Shown: positions 1-11,042, counted from the first letter of the whole stretch. The stretch: 63,563 bases of DNA, filler included, from an uncultured bacterium (GCA_964448115.1; 5 parts of 4 records of this genome joined end to end with filler, not necessarily neighbours in it); one strand, 5' to 3'. Numbers and translations: made by a program. The notes: generated from the letters alone by a model not told the origin.

Positions 1-82
1 CTCCCCCTGGCATAGCATTAAACAAGAGATCAGAAATGGAACGAGCAAAGAAAGCGCGGCTCTGGTTGCTTTTTTTATCATC

Positions 83-871
83 CTAGGGATCTTCTTTGGT
101 CAGCTCCTTAAGCAATCGCCTCGCCGAGGCTTTTTCTCTTGTGTTCTCTGCCTCTCGATCCTCCAAGACATCTGCTGGTGTCTCCACGATATAACGAAGC
201 TGAGCTATTGCCTTTTGCTTTTCTCCACTCTTCAGATAAGCCTTTGCCAAAAAATATCTATTTGTAAAGAGCCTAGGCTCGATCTGTACCGCCTTGAGCG
301 CCATCTCGACAGCCTTTTTCGGATCGCCACCTAACAGTCGTGGTGCTCGCAGATAAAGCTGACTATAATACCTATAGACACCGCCATAGTTGTATGTATC
401 ATCAAGCTCTTCGACCTTCCTTAGAAGGTCAAGCACCGGTTTTAATACAAAAAGGCTCTTCATTATCCCGGTGTCGCGGGCTATTACCCCCATGCAGGTA
501 GCCTTCCAGAAGTATCCAGCCGGGTTCGTGCTATCCTGCTCGATTAGCCTTTCGGCTGTCTTTATCCCCCTTAAGAAGCATCGCTTTCGTTTTGGCTGTT
601 CATCCAGCGAGCAATGCGCCCCTTGCCAGAAATATAGATGGGTCAGCTTTTCCAGGTACCCGGTGTTGCCGGGATCATCTTGAAGTAGTTGCTCGAAGGC
701 TCTCACTGCCTGTTCGCACTTATCCCGCTGGTTGCGTTGCTCATAAAGCTGGTCAGCATGGACAGCCGGCTCATCGTCGGTGCCGGTGCCGGGCTGTGCC
801 TTTATCGATAAGGCAGAAAAAAGTATAGCCAGAGCCACCGAAGACATGATCTTCCACCCCATAGCCCTCAA
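83..871 (-). CDS. Exported TPR protein (TRAP transporter TatT-like)
   Basis: N-terminal signal peptide, TPR-like helices, GGVYRYYSQLYLRAPRLLGGDPKKA segment typical of TatT-like proteins. Confidence 0.55.
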   Translation of the reverse strand: MRAMGWKIMSSVALAILFSALSIKAQPGTGTDDEPAVHADQLYEQRNQRDKCEQAVRAFEQLLQDDPGNTGYLEKLTHLYFWQGAHCSLDEQPKRKRCFLRGIKTAERLIEQDSTNPAGYFWKATCMGVIARDTGIMKSLFVLKPVLDLLRKVEELDDTYNYGGVYRYYSQLYLRAPRLLGGDPKKAVEMALKAVQIEPRLFTNRYFLAKAYLKSGEKQKAIAQLRYIVETPADVLEDREAENTREKASARRLLKELTKEDP

Positions 872-907
872 TCCCGATCCAGTTTTGGATGATTCGAACC
901 GGTGGAG

Positions 908-1939
908 TTAACCAAAGAATACCTTTGCCACCTCATAAAGCTCCTTGGGCACATTCTTAGGTTTGAGAGCATCCTTGTTTAGCGGTATGGGAACGATTTC
1001 ATTTCCCTTTAATGATACCATCTTACCGAAGTCCCCTTGCAGGAAGCATTCCACAGCCTTTACCCCGTATCTTGTAGCCAGCACGCGGTCATAGGCAGTT
1101 GGAGTTCCTCCCCTTTGTACATGTCCAAGTTGGGTTACCCTGACCTCGTACCTGGTTCTTTTCTCTATTTTCTCTGCCATGTAGGCTCCGATGCCTCCCA
1201 GTCGTACATGTCCGAAGGGGTCGGTTCCTCTTGAAAGGGTGATATGTTCGTCCTGTCCTTTGATCTTAGCCCCCTCGGCTACGACTACTATGCTGAAGTC
1301 TTTTCCAAGGTCGTGCCTCTTTCGTATATTCTCGCAGACTTCGTCCATATCGATGGGGAATTCAGGAATTAGTATCTGGTCAGCTCCACCGGCTATTCCG
1401 CCCTCCACTGCGATCCAGCCGGAGTGTCTTCCCATCACCTCCACGATCATTACTCTATTATGCGACTCGGCTGTGGTGTGCAACCTATCTATAGCCTCTG
1501 TAACAATATTGATCGCGGTATCGAATCCAAAGGTGGCATCGGTGCCGGCTAGGTCATTGTCTATGGTCTTGGGGATACCGATAATCCTAAGCCCCTCATC
1601 GATGAACCTGGCACCGACTCCCAGGGTATCCTCACCTCCTATGGCTATCAGGCAATCTAGTCCAAAGCGCTTGTAGTTCTCCAGGCATTTTTGAATATCC
1701 TGTGTCTTATTGAAGGGGTTGGTTCTGGTGGTGCCAAGTATAGTACCCCCTTTATGGAGTATCCCGCTTACATAGTATTGGGTTAATGGCACAGTATCGC
1801 CGACTATCAGTCCAAGCCATCCCTTTTCGATCCCCACCACCTGTATATCATGCAAGATCGCCTTGCGGGTAACCGCCCTTATGGCAGCGTTCAATCCAGG
1901 GCAATCTCCTCCGCCGGTCAGGACTCCTATGGTCTTCAA
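908..1939 (-). CDS. pfkA: 6-phosphofructokinase, group III (probably PPi-dependent or mixed-substrate)
   Basis: GGGDCPGLN, GGEDT, PKTIDND, EVMGR, LGHVQRGG motifs. TTG at 1939 lies 9 nt after AAGGAG, so preferred over ORF-track start 1948. Confidence 0.93.
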   Translation of the reverse strand: MKTIGVLTGGGDCPGLNAAIRAVTRKAILHDIQVVGIEKGWLGLIVGDTVPLTQYYVSGILHKGGTILGTTRTNPFNKTQDIQKCLENYKRFGLDCLIAIGGEDTLGVGARFIDEGLRIIGIPKTIDNDLAGTDATFGFDTAINIVTEAIDRLHTTAESHNRVMIVEVMGRHSGWIAVEGGIAGGADQILIPEFPIDMDEVCENIRKRHDLGKDFSIVVVAEGAKIKGQDEHITLSRGTDPFGHVRLGGIGAYMAEKIEKRTRYEVRVTQLGHVQRGGTPTAYDRVLATRYGVKAVECFLQGDFGKMVSLKGNEIVPIPLNKDALKPKNVPKELYEVAKVFFG

Positions 1940-2046
1940 GTCGATCAACTCCTTTTTTGGATCTGTCAGACAGATTAAGAATAAAATGAGCTATCGGCTT
2001 TTAAGCCTAGTTCAATGAGCAAGAATCGCACTAGGTGCCTGCTTTT

Positions 2047-3351
2047 CTAGTTATTCACCGGCAGCCTACCGATGGAGTAATACTTGAATCCGAGTTTTCG
2101 CTTTGTTTCCGGCTTGAATATATTTCTGCCATCGAAGATTATCGGATTGCGCATGGCTTTTTTGATTCGCTCCATATTTAGCAGGCGAAATTCGTTCCAC
2201 TCTGTAACCACGAGCATCGCATCAGCGCCCTCCACAGCCTCGTAAGCGCTCTGACAGTATGTAATATCCGGATGCAGCAACTTCATGTTCTCCATGGCAA
2301 CCGGGTCGTAGGCTCTTATCTTAGCCCCCTCCTCCTTTAGACGATCGATAAGCTCCACGGATTTCGCCTCGCGAAGGTCATCGGTATTCGGCTTGAATGC
2401 TAGTCCTAGGATGCCAAAGGTAAGCCCTTTTATATCCTCGAAAACAGACTTTATTCTTCCCATGAATCGCTCCACTCGCTCATCGTTGACCTTGTCAACA
2501 GCCCTGAGTATGGAGAAATCGACCCCGTACTTACTCGCCGTGTGGATGAATGATTTTACATCCTTGGGGAAGCAGGAGCCACCGTATCCTAAGCCAGGGT
2601 TCAAGAAGGCGTTTCCGATCCTCTTATCCAGCCCCATCCCCTTTACCACGGACTCGATATCAGCGCCGGCTTCCTCGCAGAGATCCGCTATCGAGTTGAT
2701 AAAGGAGATCTTTGTAGCCAGGAATGCATTGGATGCATACTTGATCATCTCCGCTGAGTGTACATCGGTAATTATCATTGGACGCTCCAGGGTCGAATAT
2801 AGCTCCAGGAGGATCATAGCCACATTCTGGCTGGGAGCGCCAATTACCACCCGATCCGGGTACAGGCTATCGTTGATTGCAGAGCCTTCTCGCAGGAACT
2901 CGGGGTTGGAGACAACATCGAAATCGACCTTTCGTCTCTTGTTCTTCTCGATAATCTCGGTTACCAGGTCTCCGGTCCCTACCGGTACGGTACTTTTATT
3001 CACGATAACCTTATATCGATCTATGTGTCGGGCTATCTCCAACGCGACTCCCTCCACCTGGGAGAGATCGGTCTCGCCGTTGGGCAAGGAGGGAGTGCCC
3101 ACCGCAATGAAGATGACATCTGATTTCTTGACCCCCTCAGCCAGGCTGGTGGTGAAGGTGAGTCGCTTATCGGCTGCATTACGGATGACCATCTCCTTCA
3201 ACCCCGGCTCGTAGATAGGCATGATCCCTTTCTTTAGCCCTTCGATCTTCTCTTCGTTGTTATCTACGCATACCACATCGTTGCCTAGGTCTGCGAAGAC
3301 AGCGCCGGTAACCAGACCGACATACCCTGTGCCAATCACGCATATGTACAT
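2047..3351 (-). CDS. ugd: UDP-glucose 6-dehydrogenase
   Basis: GTGYVG Rossmann motif, KSTVPVGT, SNPEFLREG, GYGGSCFPKD catalytic Cys, GLAFKPNTDD. Confidence 0.95.
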   Translation of the reverse strand: MYICVIGTGYVGLVTGAVFADLGNDVVCVDNNEEKIEGLKKGIMPIYEPGLKEMVIRNAADKRLTFTTSLAEGVKKSDVIFIAVGTPSLPNGETDLSQVEGVALEIARHIDRYKVIVNKSTVPVGTGDLVTEIIEKNKRRKVDFDVVSNPEFLREGSAINDSLYPDRVVIGAPSQNVAMILLELYSTLERPMIITDVHSAEMIKYASNAFLATKISFINSIADLCEEAGADIESVVKGMGLDKRIGNAFLNPGLGYGGSCFPKDVKSFIHTASKYGVDFSILRAVDKVNDERVERFMGRIKSVFEDIKGLTFGILGLAFKPNTDDLREAKSVELIDRLKEEGAKIRAYDPVAMENMKLLHPDITYCQSAYEAVEGADAMLVVTEWNEFRLLNMERIKKAMRNPIIFDGRNIFKPETKRKLGFKYYSIGRLPVNN

Positions 3352-3395
3352 TACACTCTCCTGTTGAGACTAGTTATTTGGTTTTCCAAATCCTG

Positions 3396-4811
3396 TTATG
3401 CAGCGCCATTGTAAGCCCGGAAGATGGTTAGCAAGAGTATCTTAAGATCAAATCCGATCGACCAGTTCTGTATATAGTACATGTCGAACTCGATCCGTTT
3501 CTCTATTGAGGTATCTCCCCTTAGTCCATTGATCTGCGCCCAGCCGGTAACCCCGCTTTTCACCTTATGGCGAAGCATATACCTGGGGATCTTCTCCCTG
3601 AACTCCATGACAAACGGGGGACGCTCGGGGCGAGGACCGACCAGACTCATATCCCCTTTGAGCACATTGAAGATCTGCGGGATCTCGTCGAGGCTGGAGC
3701 GACGAAGGATCTTGCCGATGGTGGTGCACCTGGGATCGTTTGGTTTAGCGAACACGGGACCAGTCTCGTCCTCTGCTCCTTCCACCATTGTGCGAAACTT
3801 ATACATGATGAAAGACTTGCCATCCAAGCCCATGCGCTCCTGTTTATAAAAAACCTTGCCCTTGGAGGTTAGCTTGATAGCAATGGCAATGACCCCCATC
3901 AGCAATGTAAGGGGTACCAGAAGCACCAGGCAAATAGTGAGATCCAACAGCCGCTTGGTTAAAGCATTCCAGGTGTCCAATGGCGTCTCGGATAGGTTTA
4001 TTATGGGCAATCCATCCAGATCCTCCACCCCGGCGCGAATGGTTATATATTGCAGCAAATCAGGGACAACCCGCACATCGACTATCTCCTTTTGAAGCAT
4101 ATTGAGTAGCTGGGCAGTGCGGCGATGCGCGGTGAGGGGAAGAGTAACAAAGATCAGATCGATCCCCCGCTCGCTAAGAATATCTGGCAGATCATCGATT
4201 GAGCCTAGAACTGGGTATCCAAGCACCTTCTCACCGTGCAGCCTTGGATTATCATCGACAAAGCCGATGATGTTAAGCCCCAATGCCGGATGGAGGTTGA
4301 TCTTCTCGGCTAATGCCCTACCCAGCCGACCGGCGCCGGCGATTATAACATGACGAAGGTTGAAGCCCCGGCTGCGCAGATAGCGTAAAAAATGACGAAC
4401 GCTCAGGCGGGCGCTTATGATAAATAGATTATCCAGCAGCAAGAATAAAACTACTACAATACGAGAGTACTCGGTCTTTCTATAGAAAAAGGAGATACCT
4501 AAAAGGATGATAGTGGATAACAGCACGCTATTGAATACAGAAAAAGCCTCATCAATGTTCGATTTGCCTCGCTTTGTCTTATAAAGTCCGCTGAAACGGA
4601 AGATCACAAGCCAGATAATGGCGATGATGACTACCACATAAGGATTTAGAAAATCCTCAAAGGGGGGGATGCCGTGAACGATTGGAAATAGCTCTATGAA
4701 TGGCTCCCACTTGAAGCGAATATAATAAGCCACCAACACCGCAAGGAGGGTCAGTGCCACATCCAGCGTCGCTAGTATGGTTATCATCACCCTGTTATAC
4801 TTCTTTAGCAA
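3396..4811 (-). CDS. Undecaprenyl-phosphate glucose phosphotransferase (WcaJ family)
   Basis: N-terminal TMs, CoA-binding-like GAG segment, KFRTM, SLDEIPQ, GDMSLVGPRPE, GVTGWAQING. Confidence 0.92.
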   Translation of the reverse strand: MLKKYNRVMITILATLDVALTLLAVLVAYYIRFKWEPFIELFPIVHGIPPFEDFLNPYVVVIIAIIWLVIFRFSGLYKTKRGKSNIDEAFSVFNSVLLSTIILLGISFFYRKTEYSRIVVVLFLLLDNLFIISARLSVRHFLRYLRSRGFNLRHVIIAGAGRLGRALAEKINLHPALGLNIIGFVDDNPRLHGEKVLGYPVLGSIDDLPDILSERGIDLIFVTLPLTAHRRTAQLLNMLQKEIVDVRVVPDLLQYITIRAGVEDLDGLPIINLSETPLDTWNALTKRLLDLTICLVLLVPLTLLMGVIAIAIKLTSKGKVFYKQERMGLDGKSFIMYKFRTMVEGAEDETGPVFAKPNDPRCTTIGKILRRSSLDEIPQIFNVLKGDMSLVGPRPERPPFVMEFREKIPRYMLRHKVKSGVTGWAQINGLRGDTSIEKRIEFDMYYIQNWSIGFDLKILLLTIFRAYNGAA

Positions 4812-5002
4812 GACGGCTTTCTCTTTTCCTTCTATTCTACGAAAAACTAATTATATATAACTAACCATGAAAAATACAAGTTCCAGTTCCCCCAAAATCA
4901 TAGGTATGAAGATGCCTATGCGGACAAAATAAGCAGCAAAGGCATGATGGACAAAAAAGTCCATAAGTTTTCTATATGATCAGCCTTACCAGCTAATTGC
5001 TA

Positions 5003-5926
5003 TCACTCAACAAAGGTCAACCAATTGAAACGATCAGGCTTTCGCCCCTTAAGTATGTTAAAGTACTCCATTTGGAGTCTCTCGGTCAATGGACCCCTTC
5101 TACCTTCACCGATCTTGATCTTATCGATGGAACGTATAGGGGTAACCTCAGCTGCGCTGCCGGTAAAGAATACCTCGTCGGCGATGTACAGCATCTCCCT
5201 TGGGATAGCCCGTTCGATGATAGGGACTCCCCAGTCCTTAAGGATGGTCAGGATGTTTTCACGAGTGATACCTGCAAGGATGGAGCTGCCCAATGGCGGC
5301 GTATAGACAACATCATCCAGTACCAGGAATATATTCTCGCCTGAGCCTTCGCAGACATAGCCGTTTACATCAAGGGCGATCCCCTCGACATAACCTTCCA
5401 GGATCGCCTCCATCTTGATTAGTTGGCTATTCATGTAGTTAGCTCCACACTTTGCCATAGCCGGGAAGGTATTGGGCGCCATTCGATTCCAGGTGGAGAC
5501 CTTGACATCAACACCTTTCTCCAAAGCCTCTTCGCCAAGATAGGCTCCCCACTCCCAGACCGCAATGGTTACATTGATCGGGCAGTTGAAGGGATTCACC
5601 CCTAGCTCCTTGAAGCCGCGATAGACTATGGGACGAATGTAGCAAGCCTTCAACTTGTTCGCCTTGATGGTATCAATAACCGCCTGCTCCATCTGTTCGA
5701 TGGTATAAGGTGGATCGAGCCGATATACCTTAGCCGAATTATAAAGCCTCTTGAGATGTTCTCTAAGGCATAATATCGCTGCCTTGCCGTTGTAATTGTA
5801 GGCTCTTAAGCCCTCAAATACATTCGTGCCATAGTGAACCACATGACTCAGCACATGGATCTTAGCATCATCCCACTTGACAAGCTCTCCGTCCATCCAA
5901 ATGTAATCGACCGCTTGGATAGCCAT
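5003..5926 (-). CDS. ilvE: Branched-chain amino acid aminotransferase
   Basis: HYGTNVFEG, AKCGANY (PLP Lys), EGSGENIF, ILAGITR, FFTGSAAEV. Confidence 0.95.
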   Translation of the reverse strand: MAIQAVDYIWMDGELVKWDDAKIHVLSHVVHYGTNVFEGLRAYNYNGKAAILCLREHLKRLYNSAKVYRLDPPYTIEQMEQAVIDTIKANKLKACYIRPIVYRGFKELGVNPFNCPINVTIAVWEWGAYLGEEALEKGVDVKVSTWNRMAPNTFPAMAKCGANYMNSQLIKMEAILEGYVEGIALDVNGYVCEGSGENIFLVLDDVVYTPPLGSSILAGITRENILTILKDWGVPIIERAIPREMLYIADEVFFTGSAAEVTPIRSIDKIKIGEGRRGPLTERLQMEYFNILKGRKPDRFNWLTFVE

Positions 5927-6098
5927 GAGTTTCTCCTTAAAGGTCTATTTCCTATGTTTAATCATGCTAAACAGGACTTTAATATAATCATAACATTGAT
6001 TTGAAACAATGTAAACAGCTTTGAGATCTAGAGCTACGACTCAGAAAAAACAGGCAAGTAACTGCCCACCTCAGCCAGCAGCCAAACGCCAACTGATG

Positions 6099-8263
6099 TT
6101 ATTCTTGTGAGTAAAGATAGGGCCAGGGGAGGCTGGTTACGATGCCGCCTTCGCAGGATCCGACTAGTTCCAAAGTGAAGCTCCCTGCCGAAGCACCGCT
6201 GCTAACATAGACCGTCGGGAACAAAAATACTCCTGGATTTAAAGGATCCGGCGATAGCATGATGCCAGTCGGTGCACCTTCTAGGTAGATCTCGACAGAC
6301 TCGATTCCACAAGCGCCGGGATCGCTCAGGTAGGCAAACATGGTGAAATCGCCCCCCTGGCTGGAGGTGATACGAGTGTTCATATAGCCTGCGATCATAA
6401 TAATCGGCGGCTCTGGTTCTGAGGTCGGCGTTGGGGTCGGCGATGGCGAGAAAGAGGCGGTAGCGCTGGGTAGCGGGGTTGCAGTGTAGGTCGGAACTGC
6501 TGTCGGCGATGCTGATGGCGTGTTGGTTGAAGTCGGCTGATGTGATGGTGTTGCTGTGGCAGTAGCGGTTTCAGTTGGTATGGCGGTTGCGGTCGCTGTT
6601 GGGGTTTGACTCGGCGTCCAGGATGGCTCACCGGAAGGTGTGGAAGTCGGAGTTGCAGTAACCGATGGCGTGCTGCTGGGTGTCGAAGTGCTGGTCGGTG
6701 TATAGGTGTTTGCGCCTGTGGGCGTTGCGCTGGGTGTCATGCTCGGTGTGCTGGTTGGTGGTGCTAATGTGGCGGTTGCAGTCGCAGTTGCCGTGGCGGT
6801 TGCAGTCGGGATCTGCGTATTGGTCGGTGTTCTGCTCGGCGAGGCGGTGGCAGTAGCCGTAAGGGTCGGGGTTGCTGTGCCGTAAGGAGTGGGAGTATCA
6901 GTTGGAGTAGGCGAGGCTTGAACATCATACTCAAGGTATAGCTCGAAGTCTCCATAAGCAGCGGGATCTTGTCCATCAACCATGATATAGTATGTCCCGG
7001 CGGGAAGCTGGACTACAATAATATCCATTCCTATATTATCCGAGTAAGCAAAGCAGCTTCGAGTATCATCGCACTCTGATAGTAGTAATATATCAATGCC
7101 TCCCCAGCCATCAAGCTCGGTCATCTCGATATAAACCATGGAGAAATCATCCAGGGTGAATGAATAGGCTACCTCGGGTCCATAGCCGATCCATGAGCTG
7201 CAATTATACTGATGATAAAGCGAGATTCCCTCGATATGACCGATGATCGTTTGGCCATTCTCGATTTCCTGCGGAGCAAGGCATGGATCCGGCTGCTCTG
7301 TCGGCGATGGAGTATAGGTTGCCATTCCGCTGGGGGTGCTGGTCGGTGTCGATGTCGGCGGTAAAGGCGTGGGTGTGGGAACTCCAGGGCAATCGACTGT
7401 CAATCTGAAGGCGCCCTCAAATGGAAAGCGACTATCGACAAAAAGATAATAATCACCGGAACTCAAATAAATGGTAAGGTTTTCATCGCCGCTGGTAGCG
7501 CTTCGTTGAATACAGTTGGGAAACTCCGCACAGTCCAGCGAGATGAATAAATCTGTATCGAGACCATGGGGACCCTGGATGGCTTCGAGCAGGAAACGAA
7601 CCTCGCCATTTATTGGATAATCGAGGATGAAAACCCTCTCCGCCCCCTGTTCCTTGTCGTCGTAGCACCAGTAGTCCTCGATGTAAGAATCGCCGAAGAT
7701 ATCCATCTCTATCGACTCCCAGCAATGGATCGGGATTGGCGAGATGCAGGGATCCGGCAGCGATGTCCTGGTGGCGGTCGGCGTAACCGTCGGCGTCTTG
7801 GTGGCAGTGGGGGTTATGGTTGGTGTTGGTGTCATTGTAGGTGTTGGTGTCATTGTAGGTGTCGATGTCATTGTAGGTGTTGTGGTCGGTAGGTGCGTGC
7901 CGGTTGCAGTTGTGGTCGGTGTTGGCGTTGCAGTCGGGGTCGCGGTGTTGGGATCCGGAGTCGGCGTAGGCGTGTCGGTGGGGGTCGCGGTAGGAGGTGG
8001 AGTCTCTCCTGGAGAAAAACAGCGCAACGTAAACTCGAAAGGCTCATTAAAACGATTGAAGAATGAATCGACGAAAATATAGTAGGTGTCTGCGGCTAGT
8101 TCCTCGTAATAGTAATTATACCCTAGATAACCCGGCGCGAAGTCTATGCAAGTGCCGTTCACATCAGCGCAGTCCCCCACTAATACTATGTCCATCAGGC
8201 TATCGTCATCGTAATTGAGCAGCATCTCCACCGCATAGCTCTGATTTAGCTCAAATATATATA
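6099..8263 (-). CDS. Surface-type protein, 5'-truncated: three Cys-containing PPC-like beta domains, Pro/Thr linkers, conserved C-terminal domain
   Basis: Frame is open to the contig gap. Repeated DPC...GPE...[GD][TD]YY[IL]xVD units, long PT tracts, ends AGYMNTR...WPYLYSQE. Confidence 0.75.
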
Positions 8264-8363
8264 NNNNNNNNNNNNNNNNNNNNNNNNNNNNNNNNNNNNN
8301 NNNNNNNTTAATTAATTAANNNNNNNNNNNNNNNNNNNNNNNNNNNNNNNNNNNNNNNNNNNN
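8264..8363. other. Artificial contig linker (N-TTAATTAATTAA-N)
   Basis: N runs around a six-frame stop sequence. Confidence 0.97.
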
Positions 8364-8521
8364 ATAGACTCTTGGTCATTATCAACCACTTATGACGCAT
8401 TTACTGTCTGAATCACAGTTCCATCAAGAGCTAGTTAACATAAGATAAAATAAGTGGTAAAATGGATTGCTTGGCATAACTTAAAAATGCTTGTAGTATG
8501 GTATGATAATACTGCCCGAAG

Positions 8522-10441
8522 ATGCAAGGTAGAATCGAAGAAATAAACCTTTCCTCCATCCTGCAACTATTACTCCAGCAGGACAAGCCCGGAACACTTT
8601 ATTTAAGACGCGATGATGAGCAGGCGTTTGTCCACATCAAGAACAATAAGATCGTCTCTGCAGGATTCAGCGATATTGATAGAAAGGATGAATTCAATCG
8701 GATACTCCTAAAAAGAAGGCTCATATCGGAGGGTAAATACAAGCAAGCTCTGGTCAAGCAAGCAAAAACATCACTTACAGAAAAGGAGCTAATTGGCTTA
8801 GGGCTGATAGACAAGGATAAGCTTCGCAAGCTGAAGAGGGAATATACCATCCAGGTGCTCAGCGAGCTTCTAAGCTGGCAAAGCGGGGAGTTCAATTATG
8901 CAAGCGATGATCAGGTGGTATCCAATGACCAACTAAGCTCTGATCTAACCGCTGAGTTTGCTTTAATGGAGAGCTTCCGGCGCATGGACGAGTTTAAGCG
9001 ATTGAGGGATATGCTCCCCTCGCCGGATACAATCCTGGTCAAGAAGACCGAGCTGGGTACATCGGTAACCTTTACCAAAGATGAAAAGAGCATTCTGATG
9101 CTAGTCGATGGTAATCGCAAGCTAAAGACGATAATCAAGGAAGCACCGCTGGAGCCGATAAATACCATGCATATCCTCCATGATTTGCTGGAAAGAGGCA
9201 TGCTCAAGGAGACGAGCAAACCATCCAGGCCAGTGCGCCCGGTCAGGATCGAGGTTCGTGATGTGAGCCTTTCCAACGACCGAAGAGTTACCGAGCTACT
9301 GGATATCTACAAAACGATTGTCATACAACTGAACAGCCCCAAAACCGATGAGAGGATAGATGCCCTGAAGGTGCTGGGCAAAATATATATAAACCTGCAT
9401 AGTAAAAATCGCCCGGATATAGTCGAGGAGATCCTGAGTATCTATAAAAAGATACTTATCAACGAAAAGGTCTCCTCCATCCTGGTAGTAACATTAGAGA
9501 TCTTGCTAGGATTACTTAAATTTCATTCCAAGAGAAAAGAATCAAAAGAATGTCGAGCAGTACTCACTTCGATCGTAGAATTCCTTAAGAGCAAACTGAG
9601 GGTGGATAATCAACTGGTGAAAAGGATATTCAAAAGGCTAGAGGAGCTTGAATTGAATGATGCACTGATCCCGGTAGTGGATCTGTTGGAAAGCCCGTTT
9701 TATCAAAACGAAACCACGATTCTCCTGGTATCCAAGGGGGAGAGTATCGCGCCGCTATTGTTAACAACCCTGTTCGAGAGTGAATCTCGAAGCGCCCGCA
9801 TGAGCATCCTGCGCATACTCAGGAACTATGTTCATCTTATTATTGAGCAACTAATCGATGGCTTAAATCATGATTCATGGTTCATAAGACGCAATTGTTG
9901 TCATCTGCTTGCTCACGCAAAGGATAATCGATCTGTAGAGAGGCTATTGGAACTACTAAGGGATGAGGCTCACCAGGTGCGGGAGAGCGCAGCAAATGCC
10001 CTGGCTGCCATTATGGGAAGTGAAGCCGAACCGCACCTGCTGGAGCTTCTGGATGATAAGGAAAAATCGGTGCAGATGGTGGTGGTTAAGCTCCTTCAGC
10101 GAATTGGTACAAAGAAAAGTGCGCCGGTTATTGCCTCAAGACTGAAACGCAATATATTCGGCATCGGCGATATCGACGATGAGATAAAATGCGAGATCTG
10201 CCGAACATTGGGAGAGATAGGAAGCTCTGAGGTTATCGATACCCTAGGTGATATTATCAAGGAAACCTATTTGCTTTCACCCTCCAAGCATAGGGTGCAG
10301 GCATTCGCATGTCGAGCACTAGGAAAGATTGGAGACACCAGGGCAAAGCCGATCCTGAAAAAAGCTGTTAAAAGCCGCATCTCATCAGTCTCAATCGCTG
10401 CAAAAAAGGCACTAAGAGACCTTGAAAAAAATAGAACTTGA
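8522..10441 (+). CDS. DUF4388 (PATAN-like) domain + HEAT repeat protein
   Basis: MQGRIEEINLSSILQLL...GTLYL...LLSWQSGEFNY N-terminus. C-terminal repeats such as WFIRRNCCHLL, VRESAANALA, ALGKIGD. Confidence 0.8.
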   Translation: MQGRIEEINLSSILQLLLQQDKPGTLYLRRDDEQAFVHIKNNKIVSAGFSDIDRKDEFNRILLKRRLISEGKYKQALVKQAKTSLTEKELIGLGLIDKDKLRKLKREYTIQVLSELLSWQSGEFNYASDDQVVSNDQLSSDLTAEFALMESFRRMDEFKRLRDMLPSPDTILVKKTELGTSVTFTKDEKSILMLVDGNRKLKTIIKEAPLEPINTMHILHDLLERGMLKETSKPSRPVRPVRIEVRDVSLSNDRRVTELLDIYKTIVIQLNSPKTDERIDALKVLGKIYINLHSKNRPDIVEEILSIYKKILINEKVSSILVVTLEILLGLLKFHSKRKESKECRAVLTSIVEFLKSKLRVDNQLVKRIFKRLEELELNDALIPVVDLLESPFYQNETTILLVSKGESIAPLLLTTLFESESRSARMSILRILRNYVHLIIEQLIDGLNHDSWFIRRNCCHLLAHAKDNRSVERLLELLRDEAHQVRESAANALAAIMGSEAEPHLLELLDDKEKSVQMVVVKLLQRIGTKKSAPVIASRLKRNIFGIGDIDDEIKCEICRTLGEIGSSEVIDTLGDIIKETYLLSPSKHRVQAFACRALGKIGDTRAKPILKKAVKSRISSVSIAAKKALRDLEKNRT

Positions 10442-10520
10442 ACAATAGGTTACTTATCTAGCAAGATAACGCACATTCGCACATCATAATTTTCATGCGT
10501 AAACTGTCATTACCTTGAAA

Positions 10521-10577
10521 GTAGGGGCGAACACTTATGTTCGCCCCTAAATGGGCAGACACACGGATCTGACCCTA
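10521..10577. repeat. GTAG-type REP pair (possibly also a terminator)
   Basis: GTAGGGGCGAACA-CTTA-TGTTCGCCCC hairpin followed by an imperfect inverted partner GGGCAGACACACGGATCTGACCCTA. Confidence 0.65.
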
Positions 10578-10680
10578 TGACACATTTCCACGATTGATGA
10601 CCTGGACAAGGGGCTGGAACAGAATTAGTTATAGGGAAAAATAAGCGCGGATTCTTTCCGTGATTCCTCTCATTTTTTAG

Positions 10681-10709
10681 TTGCTTTAGACACCCCCCAA
10701 TTGTATAAT
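10681..10709 (+). promoter_or_regulatory. Sigma70-like promoter
   Basis: TTGCTT-17 nt-TATAAT upstream of a short ORF and tRNA-Val. Confidence 0.5.
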
Positions 10710-10830
10710 CTCGATTTGTTATGGGAGCTTATAAAAAGTACAAGAAAGGGAAAAACTGGCACATCGATTATCGCTACAGCAAATGTGATAGTTTGATAGA
10801 TGTGATAAGTTATTGTAATATAAGGTATTC

Positions 10831-10902
10831 GGGCGATTAGCTCAGCGGGAGAGCACCGCTCTCACACGGCGGGGGTCGTCGGTTCAAGTCCGACATCGCC
10901 CA
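10831..10902 (+). tRNA. tRNA-Val(CAC)
   Basis: Acceptor GGGCGAT/ATCGCCC, D arm GCTCAGCGGGAGAGC, anticodon arm CCGCT-CTCACAC-GGCGG, GGTTCAAGTCC T arm; CCA not encoded. Confidence 0.95.
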
Positions 10903-10946
10903 TAAGAAAGTGCTATGGGCAAAGTAAAAAGGTGCTATGGTTTCTT

Positions 10947-11035
10947 AACCACAAAGGCGCTAAGGCACTAATAAGGAGAGATCTGATCACCCAAAGATGC
11001 AAAAAAGTGCGAGGTACAAGGTACAAAGTACAAAG
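10947..11035. repeat. Degenerate AACCACAAAG-type repeat plus heptamer tandem (A[AG]GTACA)
   Basis: AACCACAAAGGCGCTAAGGCAC resembles the copies at 44549 and 54766; aggtaca-aggtaca-aagtaca run. Confidence 0.5.
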
Positions 11036-11042
11036 AATTCCG

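Noticed and set aside
2393-3214. Long antisense ORFs (also 1191-1676, 57296-57928, 58319-58996)
   Set aside because: Lie opposite well-supported conserved genes and have no motifs
5927-6098. Riboswitch, T-box or attenuator upstream of ilvE
   Set aside because: No recognisable motif or leader peptide; only a weak ACATTG...CAATGT inverted repeat
8264-8363. TTAATTAATTAA palindrome inside N runs (four occurrences)
   Set aside because: Artificial six-frame-stop contig linker, not biological; ORFs running into it are truncated
10932-11042. ORF-track N-terminal extension of the CpoB-like gene
   Set aside because: Made of repeat DNA; the lipoprotein signal begins at ATG 11043
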